Of a stretch of 64,000 nt of DNA, positions 25,801 through 37,582 are shown in pieces. Under the pieces are notes generated by a model that did no database searches, was not told where the DNA came from, and worked only from the letters and a program-made list of their open reading frames with translations. The position numbers and the translations under genes are program-made. Every line of letters starts with the position of its first letter. Position 1 is the stretch's first letter. The DNA is taken from the NCBI RefSeq assembly GCF_016432865.1, contig NC_067403.1:257424001-257488000 (forward strand), given 5' to 3'. This DNA comes from Antechinus flavipes. Lineage: Eukaryota.

Positions 25801-28800
25801 AGCTGAGAGCCGTCTGGCCCCAGTGTCCGGGGCTGCCCGAGTGTGGCCGAGTGGGGGCAGCCTCGGGGGCCGGAAGGGAGGAGGCCCTCATCTCCCGGCC
25901 TCGGTTCTGGCCATCGTATGTCCCCATCCCTTTCTCAGTTTCCCTGCCTGTTCCGTGTGAATCTGGTCTTGAGGTGTGAAGGGGAGCCTGGTGACCTCTC
26001 CCACTCCTGCCCTGGGGCCTCCAGAGGGAGAGCGGGGGCAGCCAAATTGGGGGGGGCCTTTAAGTGGAAAGGGGGGGGAATCCGGTCCCGGGAGTGGGGT
26101 GCAGGCGTGGAGCCTCCCGGGGATCCCGGGCTCTGCTCCAGGGGACGCCCCAGGGGAGGTCGGGGCCCCTTCCGACTTGGGGAGTCCGACAGAGCAGGTT
26201 TGGCTTGAGCGTGGGGTCTGAGTCAGGGGTGCTCCCCGGCCTTTGCAGGGCGGGGCGGAAGGGCCGGGGCCGTGTGCGCCCCAAGGTGTGGAGGCTCCGG
26301 GACGAGGCCGGGTTTCCTGGGAGCCGCCGACGGGACCATGATGGCGGCCTCTTTGGGTTGGGCTGAGTCACATCCGAGGACGAGGGTGAAGCAGCCGGAG
26401 AGCGGCCGGGCTCGGGCTCAGGGCTGGGCTTGAGTGGGATTAAGCCGGCGGCCGGGTCGGCCCGGGGAGGTTCGAGCTGCTGGCGGCTGAGATCTCTTCC
26501 AAGGTTTTAGGTTCGGGGCGAAGGATGAAAGAGGCGGGATCGCGGTGGCCCTGGGCCCAGGCGCATCCTCGGGGGGCGGGGGCTTGTGGTCGGGGCTGGT
26601 TCGGGGGCGAGTGTGGGTGAGCTGGGTCTGAGGGACAGTCAGGAAGGGGCGACTCGCAGACGTGGGAAGGAGCGGGCTCGCTCCGGGAGGACCTGGCCAG
26701 CTCTGCCCCTTAAGATTGTGAGACCCTGGATAGGGAACTTCTTCCTGTGCGCTTCAGGGTCCTGGTTTCTGAGCCACCCCCGCGCAGCCTGCCCCGGCCC
26801 CGCCTGCGGGGGGCCTTTCTAGGTGGAAGAGGTCCCTTTCACTCGGGCTCTGGAGCCGCGGAGAGCAAAGCCATCATGAGGGTGAGGGAGGGAGAAGGGG
26901 CTGCTCCATGCGCCCGGGTGCCCGCTTCCTTCTCAGGGAGGGACTCACGCATTAGCCACTGGGGGGGAGGTGCATTATGGGGCAGAGACCCCGATGTCTC
27001 CGGGCCAGGGGCCTCCGGGGGAGACGGTGCTTCTGCAGCCCGAGGACAGGTCCTGGCCACGTCCCCTCTGCCGCCCCCCGCTCTTGCGGCTGCCTTCCTT
27101 CCCTCTGCTAAATCCCACAGCCGGAAGGGACCCTCGGCGGGACCCCAAGAGGCCTCCCGACCGCCCGGGGGGGCTCCCGGCTCCAATCCCTGAGAAAGCA
27201 TCGCCTTATGTTAGGAATCGGCCGAACGCTGGGAAGGATGTGGGCCTAGGGTGCCCATCCAGCTCCCGGGTGCGGTGGTGGGCTTGGCTAAGTCACTTCT
27301 CGGGTCCTCAGTGAGAAGCCGGCCCAGGATGCCAGGATTCCCTTCTCCGAACGCTGCCGAGCCCAGGCCTCCCCCTGCCTCCGTACCGGAGCCTCCTCTG
27401 GGCTCGCGGTCCCACGGTCGGCACAGCCCCCCCCCGAGCCCTTCGCTCCAGGGCCCCCCAGCTCCACGGTGGCCATCGCGGGCCCTCGGACGTGGGGCCA
27501 GGCCCATCCGGGCCCTGTGGGGCGTCCCTTGGGAGCGGGCCCCCCCCACAGGGGGAGCTGCCTTTGGATAAACAAGAACCTCCTCATCTGGGCAGAAAAC
27601 GGCTCGTGAAATTAACCAGACGAGGCCGGTGTTTCCAGGAATATTTCAGTTCTGAGGTAACCGTGTCACTGCTGGGGGGGGGGGGGCAAGGAGGGAAGGG
27701 AGGAGCGAGGAATAGGATGGAGAGAGGCAGCGGGAGGGCAGGAAGCTCCAGGAGAGGAGGGGGGCACGAGGGCAGCGGGAAGCAAGGCTGCCCGGCCCCC
27801 TCCCCCCAGCTCCAGGCTCTCTCCCCTGCACCTCAAAGGTGGGAGGAGGGCAGGAGGGGCAGAGAACACCTGTGGAGCCAGGGTCGGGCCGGGAAGCCGG
27901 GAAGCCTGGCTCCCGAAAAGGGAGCCCTCCTGTCTGCAGCCAGCCGCAGCTCTGCCTCCCCTACCTGGGATGGAGCCTGGACCCTAGAGCTTGAGCCTGG
28001 ATTCTAGAGCTTGAGCCTGGACTCTAGAGCTTGAACCTGGACCCTAGAGCTTGGAGCCTGGACTCCACAGCTTGAACCTGGACTCCAGAATTTGAGCCTA
28101 GACTGACTCTAGAGCTTGAGCCTGGACCCTAGAGCTTGAGCCTGGACCCTAGAGCTTGAGCCTGGACCTAGAGCTTGAGCCTGGACCTAGAGCTTGAGCC
28201 TGGACTCCAGAGCTTGAGCCTGGACCTAGAGCTTGAGCCTGGACCCTAGAGCTTGAGCCTGGACCTAGAGCTTGAGCCTGGACTCCAGAGCTTGAGCCTG
28301 GACCTAGAGCTTGAGCCTGGACCCTAGAGCTTGAGCCTGGACTCCAGAGCTTGAACCTGGACTCTAGAGTGTGGCCGGGGCCTCTGTGAAAGGATCCTGC
28401 TCCCTGCTCCTTCCCCTCTGGGGTCAGGGGGGCCTGGGCCATCCCTGTGGGGCGCTGTGGCCCAAGAGGCCCCCTCCCCTCCCCCAGCTCTGCCTCCGGC
28501 TGCTGCAGCTTGATTGTTTACATCCCGTCTCCTCGCTGTGTTTATAAATCCAGCTGAGCACGTGAGGAGCTAATGAGCCAGCTCAGGTTTCCTGCTGGAG
28601 CCCCCAGTCCCTCAACCCCCAGCCCGGCCCCCACCCGGCCAGGCCCCTAATTCCATCCAGATCCCCGGGCCCTGGGAACGAGGGCCCGGCACATCCTCGC
28701 ATCCACACGGCCCACGCAAGCGCACGGCCGCCCCGCAGGCTGCACACGCAGGCACACACGTGTGCGGGAGCCTCCCCCCCAGCCTGGGCCCTCAGCCTGC

Positions 28801-31800
28801 CCTCAGCCGGCCGGCCTGGGGGGCTCGGAGGCCCGATATGCCGGGGAGGGCAGAGCCCGGGAAAAGAGCCTGGTCCGGGCCCCTGCGCCCTCGAGAGCCT
28901 CGAACCAGCAGGACGCCAGAGGCCTGGGCCAGAATGCACCGGGCCGGGCTGAGGATCCCTTTGCACCCGTTAGAAATCTGGGCTCTCAGGAAGGGACCTT
29001 GTTTGGGGACTCCCGGCCGAGGAAGAAGGCTTGGCCCAGGGAGACTTTTGAAGGCTCTGCCTGTTCTTGATTCAGGAGGAGCAGGAAAAAGCAGGGGAAG
29101 GATGACCTAGTCCCCACCCCCTCATTTTACAGAACAAGAAACTGAGACGGAGACCCCACACTCTCCCTCCCCAGAGGCTGGGATTCAAGTGCAGACCCAC
29201 TGACTCCCCTCTCCACTGCCGATTGGGGGGACTCAGGGCCCCAGTCTGGCAGCTGGGGGGGAGGGGAAGCAGCCAGCCCCCCCTTCTCGTGCTCCCTCAC
29301 TTCCTTTCCTCCAAGGTCTCCCCCCACCCCTCCTCTCCCGTCCCATTCCTCGGCCTTGAGTAGAGTACAGAGCTCCGTGGGTCCCTCTTGGGAAGGGAGC
29401 TGGGCCCGCAGGGAGAAGGTGGGCAAGCCCCGGGGCCAGGGACAAGGGAGGCAGGGAGGAAACAGCAAGGCCATGTCCGCGAAGTCTGCACGTGGGACAG
29501 CAGGGCTGTCACAGCCTTCCGAGGGGAGGTCCGGGCCACCCGAGGAGGGGCAGGGAAGCCGGGAGGGGCCCCCAGAGGCCCAGGCGCCGAGGCAGTGCCG
29601 GGGCCCTGCTGCCTCCTCAGTCAGGGTGGGGAAGGAGCTGCAAGAGAGCGAGGGCGAGTGGGAATCGGAGAGCAAGGGGCCAGAGCAGTGAATGGGGAGG
29701 CAGCCCGGCGTGGGGGAGAGGTGCTTGTGAATGGCAGAAGGAGGGGGCGAGGAGGGCTCCGCTCCCCAGGCCGGGCCGGGGCGGGAAAGGCTCCCCTCGG
29801 CACTCGGCGCTGTCCTGCCGGCGGCTGTGGGATTGTGGGGGACCGCCGGCCCGCGCGGCACAGCGTGGCACTGGGACGCCCGCATCTCTGGGTGTCCTCG
29901 CCTTCTGTGGGTGGCCCGGGGCGGGGAGGGGGCCCCCCTCTAAGGTGCCTGCTTTCCGAGCCGGTGGCCGGCCCCAGCTGCTCACTCTCCCTTCACCTTC
30001 CCTTTCCCACCAGAAGGAGAAACTAGTCCGTTGGAGGAGGAGGAGGACGGCCGGCTTAGGTGGGACTCTGGGGGCTGAGGAAGGGGCCCAGAGAAGGGGA
30101 GGGGCCTCCGTGGGAATTCGGCCGGCTGGTGTGCTGGGGCGGGGGGGGGCGGGGAGGGAGGGGCAGAGAGGCCGTCTGACCTTGGGAAGTTTGGGAATCA
30201 CTCGGGGGTCTTCGCTGGGGGAGGAAGAACGAGCTGGAGCGGAGGCTAGCTGTGTGGGAGGCTGGGGGGGCGGGGAGGTCAGGGAGATGTGTGCGTTGAC
30301 GGGGCAGTTTGGGGGGAAGTTATTTGGGCGTCCCTGGGAGGGGTTAGAAGAGTACCCGAGGGATGGGGAATGAGGCGGTGGGGGCGTGCGGCTTACGGAG
30401 GTCCCGCTTTCTCCGTTCGAACCCCAAAGCAGTGACCTTGCTCTTCCCGCCCCCTCCCCCCGCGGCGCCTCCTTCCCCCTGTGTGGCCCCTAAGCCCCCG
30501 GCCCCGCCCCCACTCCCCCCCCTCACTCCTGGGAGCTTCTCCCTTCCCAGCGGCGGGGGCGGGGTCAGGGGTACAGACGGAGTCTCTCGAGCCGAGAGAT
30601 GCCCTTTCCCCCTCCCGTGGCGAGTTCCCACCTCCAGGCGCGGCCGAGACGGAGCGGTTCCCTCCCCTCCCTCCTCTGCCCTCCCCCGGGGCTGAGGACT
30701 AACTAACTCTCTTGGCCGCAAAGCGGAAAGTCTCCCGCCGGCCGCTCCCCCGGCCCGTGACGGGCTTTTTCCTGCCCGGGTCCGGCTGGGCCGCCCCCGC
30801 CCCCTGCACTAATCACTCCCAGGCCGAGACGGGGCTGGGCCGGGCCGGGCCGGCCTGAGTCCGCTTGGGCCGGCCGGGGCCGGGGGCGGCCCGCTCAGTC
30901 AGCATCCGCTCTGGCCCCCTTAACTTGGCCGGCTCGGCCCGAGCCGGCCCGGCCCCCCCTTACCTGCCGGCTCCCCGGCCACGGGGAGCATCGTGGGGTC
31001 CAGCCGGGGCTGCGCCCAGTTCGGCGCGCGCCCCGGCCCACAGAAGAGGCGCCGAGTCCTAGCGGCCCGGCCCGGCCCGGCCAAGCCCAGCCGGGCTCTC
31101 CAGGGTGGGCGCAGCGGCGGCGGGGGCGGCGGGGGGGACGAGGGAGAGCGGCGGAGTCCGAGCGAGGTGTTGGCCTCCCCCTCTCTTTCCTCCCTCCCTG
31201 CCTGTCTCCCTCCCTCCGGCCCTGTCTCGGGCTCCCCCCTCTCCCCTTCCCCTCCCTCTTCCTCTCTCCNNNNNNNNNNNNNNNNNNNNNNNNNNNNNNN
31301 NNNNNNNNNNNNNNNNNNNNNNNNNNNNNNNNNNNNNNNNNNNNNNNNNNNNNNNNNNNNNNNNNNNNNNNNNNNNNNNNNNNNNNNNNNNNNNNNNNNN
31401 NNNNNNNNNNNNNNNNNNNNNNNNNNNNNNNNNNNNNNNNNNNNNNNNNNNNNNNNNNNNNNNNNNCCCTTTCTCTCTTCTTCTTCTCTCTCTCTCCCTC
31501 TCTCCCTTTCTCTCTCTCCTTCTCCCTCTCCCTCTCTCCCTCTCTCTCCCTCCCTCCCGCTGGCGTCTCTGGCGACTCGGGGGTGTCCCCCTTCCTCGCT
31601 CTCGGGCTCTGGCCCCCGGCTGCGTCCCCGTCCCTGGCCGGCCCCCCGGGCTCGGTGCCCCGGCTCTGGTTGGCTCGGGTTCTGGGTCTCCGAGGGTGGC
31701 GGGCTCTCCCCGCCCTCGGCTCGCTCGGGGCTCCTCCTGCTCGGCCGGGGCTCTCTGCGTGGCTAACGCGGGCTCCCTTTCTGGGGCTCGGCTGCTCCCT

Positions 31801-32202
31801 CCTTTGTGCGGGCGGCCGCTCCTTCCCTCCGAGTCTGGCCGGCCGGCCGCTGCCCGTCCGCTGGCAGTCCGCCGTCTGGCCGGCCGCCGGCCGTCTGTCT
31901 GTCCCGGGCTCTCCCTCTTCCCACCTCCCCGCCCGGTCGAGACGCGGACTCCCGGAACGCCACGGTCCCCCCCGGGGCCGACGGGGGGCAGTCTCCGGAG
32001 GCCGGTCCCAGCCTCGGGATCCCCCGGGGAGAGGGAAAGGAAGTGGATCTCAAGGAGGGGGGGGGGCGGCCGAGGGGGGGCTTGGCCCTGGCCTCGAGGT
32101 CCCCCGAAGGAAGGACGGGGAAGCGGATCCGGAGACGAGGGCGGGGGGCGGTGGCGGAGGAGATGGGGGGCCCGGCTCCTTCCTACCTGCTCGGAGGTCC
32201 AT
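22832..32202 (-). CDS. CLCF1: Cardiotrophin-like cytokine factor 1, 225 aa; exons 32202-32187, 24955-24789, 23326-22832
   Basis: MDLRAG|DSWGMLACLCTVLWHLPAVPALNRTGDPGPGPSIQKTYDLTRYLEHQLRSLAGTY|LNYLGPPFNEPDFNPPRL...FLQKMDDFWLLKELQTWLWRSAKDFNRLKKKMQ. GT-AG junctions; 678 nt. Confidence 0.98.
25098..25760. repeat. Complex (TG)n-rich microsatellite (tgtgactgagtgtgag variants) in CLCF1 intron 1
   Basis: About 660 bp of alternating TG with GAC/GAG interruptions. Source of the His/Thr-rich ORFs. Confidence 0.95.
27973..28369. repeat. 19/20-bp minisatellite, about 20 copies, in CLCF1 intron 1
   Basis: gagcttgagcctggac(c/t)cta units; alternating 19+20 bp dimers in the right half. Confidence 0.95.
30964..30991 (-). 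CDS. CLCF1: Candidate alternative first coding exon of CLCF1 (MLPVAGEPAG)
   Basis: acgATG CTC CCC GTG GCC GGG GAG CCG GCA G|gtaagg. Phase-1 donor, in frame with exon 2. Confidence 0.6.
31270..31466. other. Assembly gap (197 N) inside a CT-rich tract
   Basis: Run of N flanked by (CT/CCCT)n. Confidence 0.99.
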
Positions 32203-35200
32203 GGGGCCGGGGGCCGGGCAGGGGCCGGGCGCGGCTCCTCTCCCGGAGGCTGGCGGAGTGGGAGGGAGAGCCGCAGCTCTGGCGAAGCCTTACTAATCCC
32301 ATCCGCCAAGCCCACTCGCAGGTTTTTTTCTCTGGGTTTCGGATTTTTTTTTTCGGTGTGGGACATTCTGCAAACTTTTTTTTTTCTTTTCTGACGTGTA
32401 AGGCTGTAACCACAAATTGTAGCGGCCCTCCCCGGGGGTGGGGGGAGGAGGGGGGAGGGAGGGAGGGGAGGGCTTCTCTCTCTCCCACAGCATCGAGGGG
32501 GGGGCGGTGGGTGGGTGAGGTGAGGCGAGGCTGCGGTACCACCCTGGGCCTCCGGGGGGAGGGGGAGTCGGAGGAGGGAGGGCAAGAGACAGTCTGCAAA
32601 CACTGGGGAAGAGAAGGGAGGGGGTGCCGGCCGGGTCCCTTTCTCGCTCGCACTCCCCGAAGCGTTTGCCGTCCGCCGGACCCCCGCCCCGCTCGCCGCT
32701 CTCCGCCTCGGGGCGGCTGGGAACCGACCCCCATCGCTGGCCATCCTCGCCTCCGCCGGGTCCCCGCACGCCTTCGCCTCGGACCGGCTCCCCCAAGTCA
32801 ATGTCGTGCCCCCCCCCCCGTGCCGGGGAGTGACCCCCCCCCGCCGGGGAGCCGGCCTCCCAACAAGGGATGGGGCTTTTCCTGGCTCCCTTTGTCTGGG
32901 CAGCGCCCCCACCCCCACCCTTCTCCCCTCTCGTCCCGCGCCTCCCCATTGTCCCGGCCGCTCCCCCGGCCCCCAGGCCGGGCCGATGCAGCAGGTGACT
33001 GAGGGCTGGGGCGCCCCCTCCCCCTCCGGCTCGGCGTGCCGGGACACCGGCCCGGAGACGAGAGCACTTGGCGCTGGCCTTTCCCCCGCAAGTTCACAAA
33101 GTTTGTCATTCTTGTTCTTAATGTCAGGGGGGAGGGGGAGGAGATTTGTAATTCATTAATCAGCACGAGGCACAGGACCAGTTTCAACACAAGAGGTTTC
33201 TGTGGGTGACTCAGCGGGAACTCTCCATTCAAGCCGGGAGGACAGACAGACGGCAAACTTCCCTTTGGGAGCCGCTCCCGAGGCCGTCTGGGACACTTGG
33301 CTCTCTGCTCTGGGCCGGGGAGGGAGCGCCGGGCTGCCAGCTGCCTTCCTTCGGGAGGCAGGAGGAGAAGGGACCTGGGGACCCAGGAGCCCTCCCCAGG
33401 CCCTCTTCTGGGTCTCCGTCAGTCTCGCTCTCTCCTCCCTGTTCCAAAGGCCACCGACCCGAGACCCCAGCCCCCTTCCGGCCCCTGTGCCTGGGGCTCC
33501 CCCGAGCCTCCCGAACCAGAAGCTGGCACCTGGGCGAACTGCTGGCTGCCGGGAGGGTCACTGGCCGGGAAGAGCCCAGGGCCTAGGGATTGCCTAGTTC
33601 TGAGGTGGGGAGGAGGCAGGGAGCCGCAGCGGGAGGGAGGCTGGGGGGACCCCCTCTCAGGAACGGACGCAGACGCGCTCCCCCCAGGAGCCAGGGCCCA
33701 CCAGAGGGGGGGCTCCCCGTGCCCGGCCCAGTGCGGGATGGGAGCTGCTGGCAGGCCATCGCTCTGCTCCCAGGACAGCTCTTCCCTGGTTTGCAGGCTG
33801 AGCTGGGGAGGGGGAAGTTTGTTTTCAATTACCTCACTGGAGTGGGACAGACTTTGTTGTTGGATTTTTTGCTCTCTCTTTTCTCTAAACAAGCAGAGGA
33901 AGGGCTGGCCCGGGGCTGGGGGCAGCCAGCTTTCCGGGGACACCACTCAGCTCTGGGACCAAGCTTGGCTCCCAGGGAGAGGAAAGAGAGCCCCCGGTCC
34001 CAGCCCTCCCACCCCGGCTGGCCTTGGGAGCATCCCGGAGCTTCCAGGGGCCTCCAGGTGCCGGGAGGGCTGATTGGTGCCAAGGGCCCGGCTGGCCAGG
34101 AAGAAATCCCTGGGACTGCCCGGGAGTGGGGGCGGGGGCCCGCCGGGGGAGGGAGGGGACCCGCTCAGGGCCCTGCAGGGGGAGGGAGAGGCCCCGCTCC
34201 CGGCCCCCCTCCTTCCGTGCCGGGAGTCTGCAGACAATGTGGTTTGGATTTGCCCGAGCCCCCTCAGCACCTTATAAAGCACCTTGCTGAGTCAGGGAGA
34301 AAGCAGCTCCAGAACAGGAGAGGAAGGAGGGGGTGCTGGGAAGGGAAGAAGCAAGAGGAAGAAAGAACAGGGGAAAGGGAGAAGAGAAGGGGGGAAAGGA
34401 GAGAGAAGGGGAAGGGGGGAGAGAGGGAAAAAAAGATGGCCGAGGGGAAGAGAGAAAGGGAGGGTGCCGGGGAGGGGACGACGGCATCTCCCCTCCTTTT
34501 CCATTGTTCCCCAGGAGGCTCCCCAGAAAGTCCTCGCGCTCAGAAGTGTGGGACCTCAGCCCGGGAAAGACCAGGAGGGGATGTGGCCAAGCGCCTGCCT
34601 CCTGCCTAGGCCGGTGCACGAGGTGGGCTCAGGCCCCCGTGCTCTCCGCAGGCCCCCTCACCATCAGCCCCTGGGAGTCCAAGCCACCTCTTACCCCAGG
34701 TCATCCTTGTACTTCCCCCTCGCTCCCTGAGCACTTCCTGCTCTTCCAGAGGAAGCTCCCTGCCTGCCCGCAGGGAGCGTCCGGACTTCCGGGAGAGCCC
34801 CACAGGCAGTGTGTGTCCCAGGCCAAGTGCAGGACTGTGCTCAGGGGAAGACAAGCTCTCTGGGTTGTGGGGTGCTCAGGGAAGGCTTGCGGGGGGGGAG
34901 GACGTTGCTCTGTGCCTTTGGGAGGGGGACAAGCTGAGTGAAAAGGAGGGAGCGTTCTCTGGGGCGCTGGGGAGGATGGGGGCCCGGACGTCCCCCTATT
35001 TTTGTGTTGGAGAGATGAAGGTGTGTACAGCAGCAAGAAGACCCAGTCTGTAACTAGGGTGGGGCCACGGGGCTTTGCTCCAAGACGCTGGAGTGGAGAG
35101 GGGGAAAAAATTAAAAGAATGATTTGAAACGATTTCACAATTTTAAAAGTTGTTACATTTGCACTTTGACATTTCGTTTCTTCGGCAAAGCAACTGAGCT

Positions 35201-35704
35201 CAACTCCCAGTTAGCCAAAAAAAATCGCTTAAAATTGGAGGCTACCAGGCTGACTTCTTCCTGGAGGTAGCTTACCCGGGGGTGGCCTCGGGGGCGGGCT
35301 GGGCTCTCGGGGTCCCTCCACAAGGGGCAGATTTCCCAGGTCTCCCCTTCAACTGGCCTGAATTCACCCCAGTGACTTTTACAGCTCAACTTGCCAAATT
35401 GCTTGAGGGACACAGTTTTTGTTAGCCCCTAACCCTTTCCCCCACGAGCTGGGGACTCTGGGAGAGTTCAGGGTTGGTGGGCGGGAGTGGGGAGCACCGA
35501 ACCCTGGCCTTTGGGCTCCTTTGGGTTTGACTGGTCCCTCCGTTCCTCACTTCTGTTTCCGGGTCGGTAAGCTCATGACCATGACATCTCAGCCCTATCC
35601 AGCTCACAGCTCTAGCCCTCCCATGGCGGCCAATGAGGAGGGCGAAGAAGGAAAAGGCATTTATTAAGCTCTCACCGTGTCAGGCATTGTTCTAAGCATT
35701 TGAG

Positions 35705-35925
35705 GGACTCATTCATTCTTGTCCAATTCTTCGTGACCCCATTTGGGGTTTTCTTGGCCAACGTGGAGAGTGTTGGCCGTCTCCTTCTCCAGGTCATTTT
35801 ACAGATGAGGAAACCGAGGCAGCCCAGAGTCACACAACTAGTCAGTGTCTGCGGCTGGATTGGAATTCGGGTCTTTGTGACTGCAGGCCCAGTGCTCTCC
35901 CACTGTACCACCTCGCTTCCCTGAG
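35705..35925 (-). mobile_element. MAR1-like marsupial SINE
   Basis: gtccaattcttcgtgaccccatttggggttttcttggc...ttacagatgaggaaaccgaggc...cactgtaccacct. Confidence 0.8.
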
Positions 35926-35959
35926 CATTAGGGGGGAACTCAGAGAAAAATCAAGACAG

Positions 35960-36410
35960 TCACGTACCCTTTTTGGGCCTCAGTTTCTTCATCTGCAAAA
36001 TGAAACAAGATGAATTAAGAAATCTCTTTTGGCCCTAAATCTAGGATTCTCTGAATGCAGGAGACTAGGGAGGGCAGTGGACACAGAAAGATTTCAAATC
36101 CTGCACTCTAGCCAGTGACCCTAGACAAGACACTTAACCTTTTTCTACCTCAGTTTCCTCTTCTGTAACATGGAGATGATAAATAATAGCATCTACCTCC
36201 TAGGGCTGTCGTAAGGATGAAATTAGGTAAATGCTTCACAAGGCTATCTATTATTAAGGCAGTTTGCCTTAGTTTTCATTAGTGGATAGCACAATGGATA
36301 GAGCACCTGACCTGGAATAAGGAAGACTTCCAAGATTTCCAATCCAGCCTCGACACTGATTAGCTGTGTGACTGGGCAGGCCAATTAGCCCGTAAAATGG
36401 GGATACTAAA
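35960..36410 (+). mobile_element. Cluster of MIR-like fragments
   Basis: Repeated cctcagtttcctc(a/t)tctgtaa(a/c)atgg cores. Confidence 0.65.
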
Positions 36411-37582
36411 AGCACCAAATGAGATGAGGAAAGCATTTAGGACACAGCAGGATATAATTACATGGTTCTTTCCCCTCTCTCCAGAGGGAGCCAATGAAAC
36501 GACAGGTAAAAATGCCTAGGTTGGGTGGTTGGTTGGTTTTTTCAAAGTTTTTCTTCCTTTTCTCTTCAGACCCTTGGGACCGGGCCACAGAATTCGGTAT
36601 GGAGCGGGGGGAGAAGCGCAGGAGGGGATGGTGTTAGGAAACTTATTTTCATTATTAAGTGGGAGTGGGACTGGTTATTGTCCTTTATATGTAACCAAAA
36701 TGGCTTCCCAGTGTTAGAGTCAATTTACTCAGGTGTGTGTGTGTTGGGATGGGCAAGAAAGGTCTGGGCAACCCCAACACCCCTACAAGGGATCATCTCT
36801 AGGGCCAAGTTACCTCGGCTGCTCCTCCCCCTCTCTGTGGGACTCTGTGTCTCTGTCTGGGGGGGGGGGTCCCCTTCTCTGACAGCGCCCAAACATGGCT
36901 CAGTGTCCCTGAGCAGCCAGAACACAAGCTCCTCCCTCTTCTTCCCACTGCAGTTTTCCAAGACTGGCTCCATCCCCACTATGGGAAGCAGAAAATCCCT
37001 GGATCACCTTGTACTCAGAGCCCTCATGGTCCCAGAAGAATTCTCCCAAATCCCAGCTGGAAGGGGCCTTGGGCCAGCAACTCCCTGAACTTCATTTGGC
37101 CAGTTTTAGACAGGGCACAATAGTCGGTTGTCCACCTGGTACGATTTGAGGGACACTTAGAAGCTTTACAGTCAGAAATCTTCCCCCAAACAGTCCCACA
37201 GGGCCCGGAATTTCTCCATTAAATTGTCATTCCTATATGTTCTTACAGGTGTTACAGGCTCCCAGGCCCTCAAACTGCCGCCCCCCCCCCCCATTAATGT
37301 TCACATGTCCAAGGAGGGACCTTTCTCTGAAACCAGGTAGGATTCTATTGATATTCTGCTGAGAAAAAAACAAAAAACAAAAAACATGTGTTAGCTGGGC
37401 AGGAGGAGGAAGAGGAAGGAGATGTGAAAACAACCGCCAACTTTACATATATCACCCCCCCCCCTCCCAACTTTTTTATCCTGGCTGAAGATCTGCCCTG
37501 TCTGTGAGGCAGCAGACCCAGCGAGAAGAAAAGAGGCCTTTAGGAATAACAAAAATAGATCGAGACATCCTAAATGTCACAC

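Larger units (their letters stand above)
30300..33100. promoter_or_regulatory. CLCF1: CLCF1 CpG island and promoter(s)
   Basis: CpG-dense across both candidate first exons. CRE-like tgacgt near 32392 and a RUNX site aaccaca near 32408. Confidence 0.8.

Noticed and set aside
17140-28369. CRISPR-like appearance of the short tandem arrays (79-bp, 30-bp and 20-bp)
   Set aside because: Head-to-tail repeats without unique spacers in a mammalian genome; these are ordinary VNTRs.
31059-33047. 662-aa and other very long ORFs in CpG islands (also about 11770-12940, 29100-30400, 43300-45100)
   Set aside because: Stop-codon depletion in about 75% GC sequence, frames running through N gaps, and low-complexity G/P/R/A composition.
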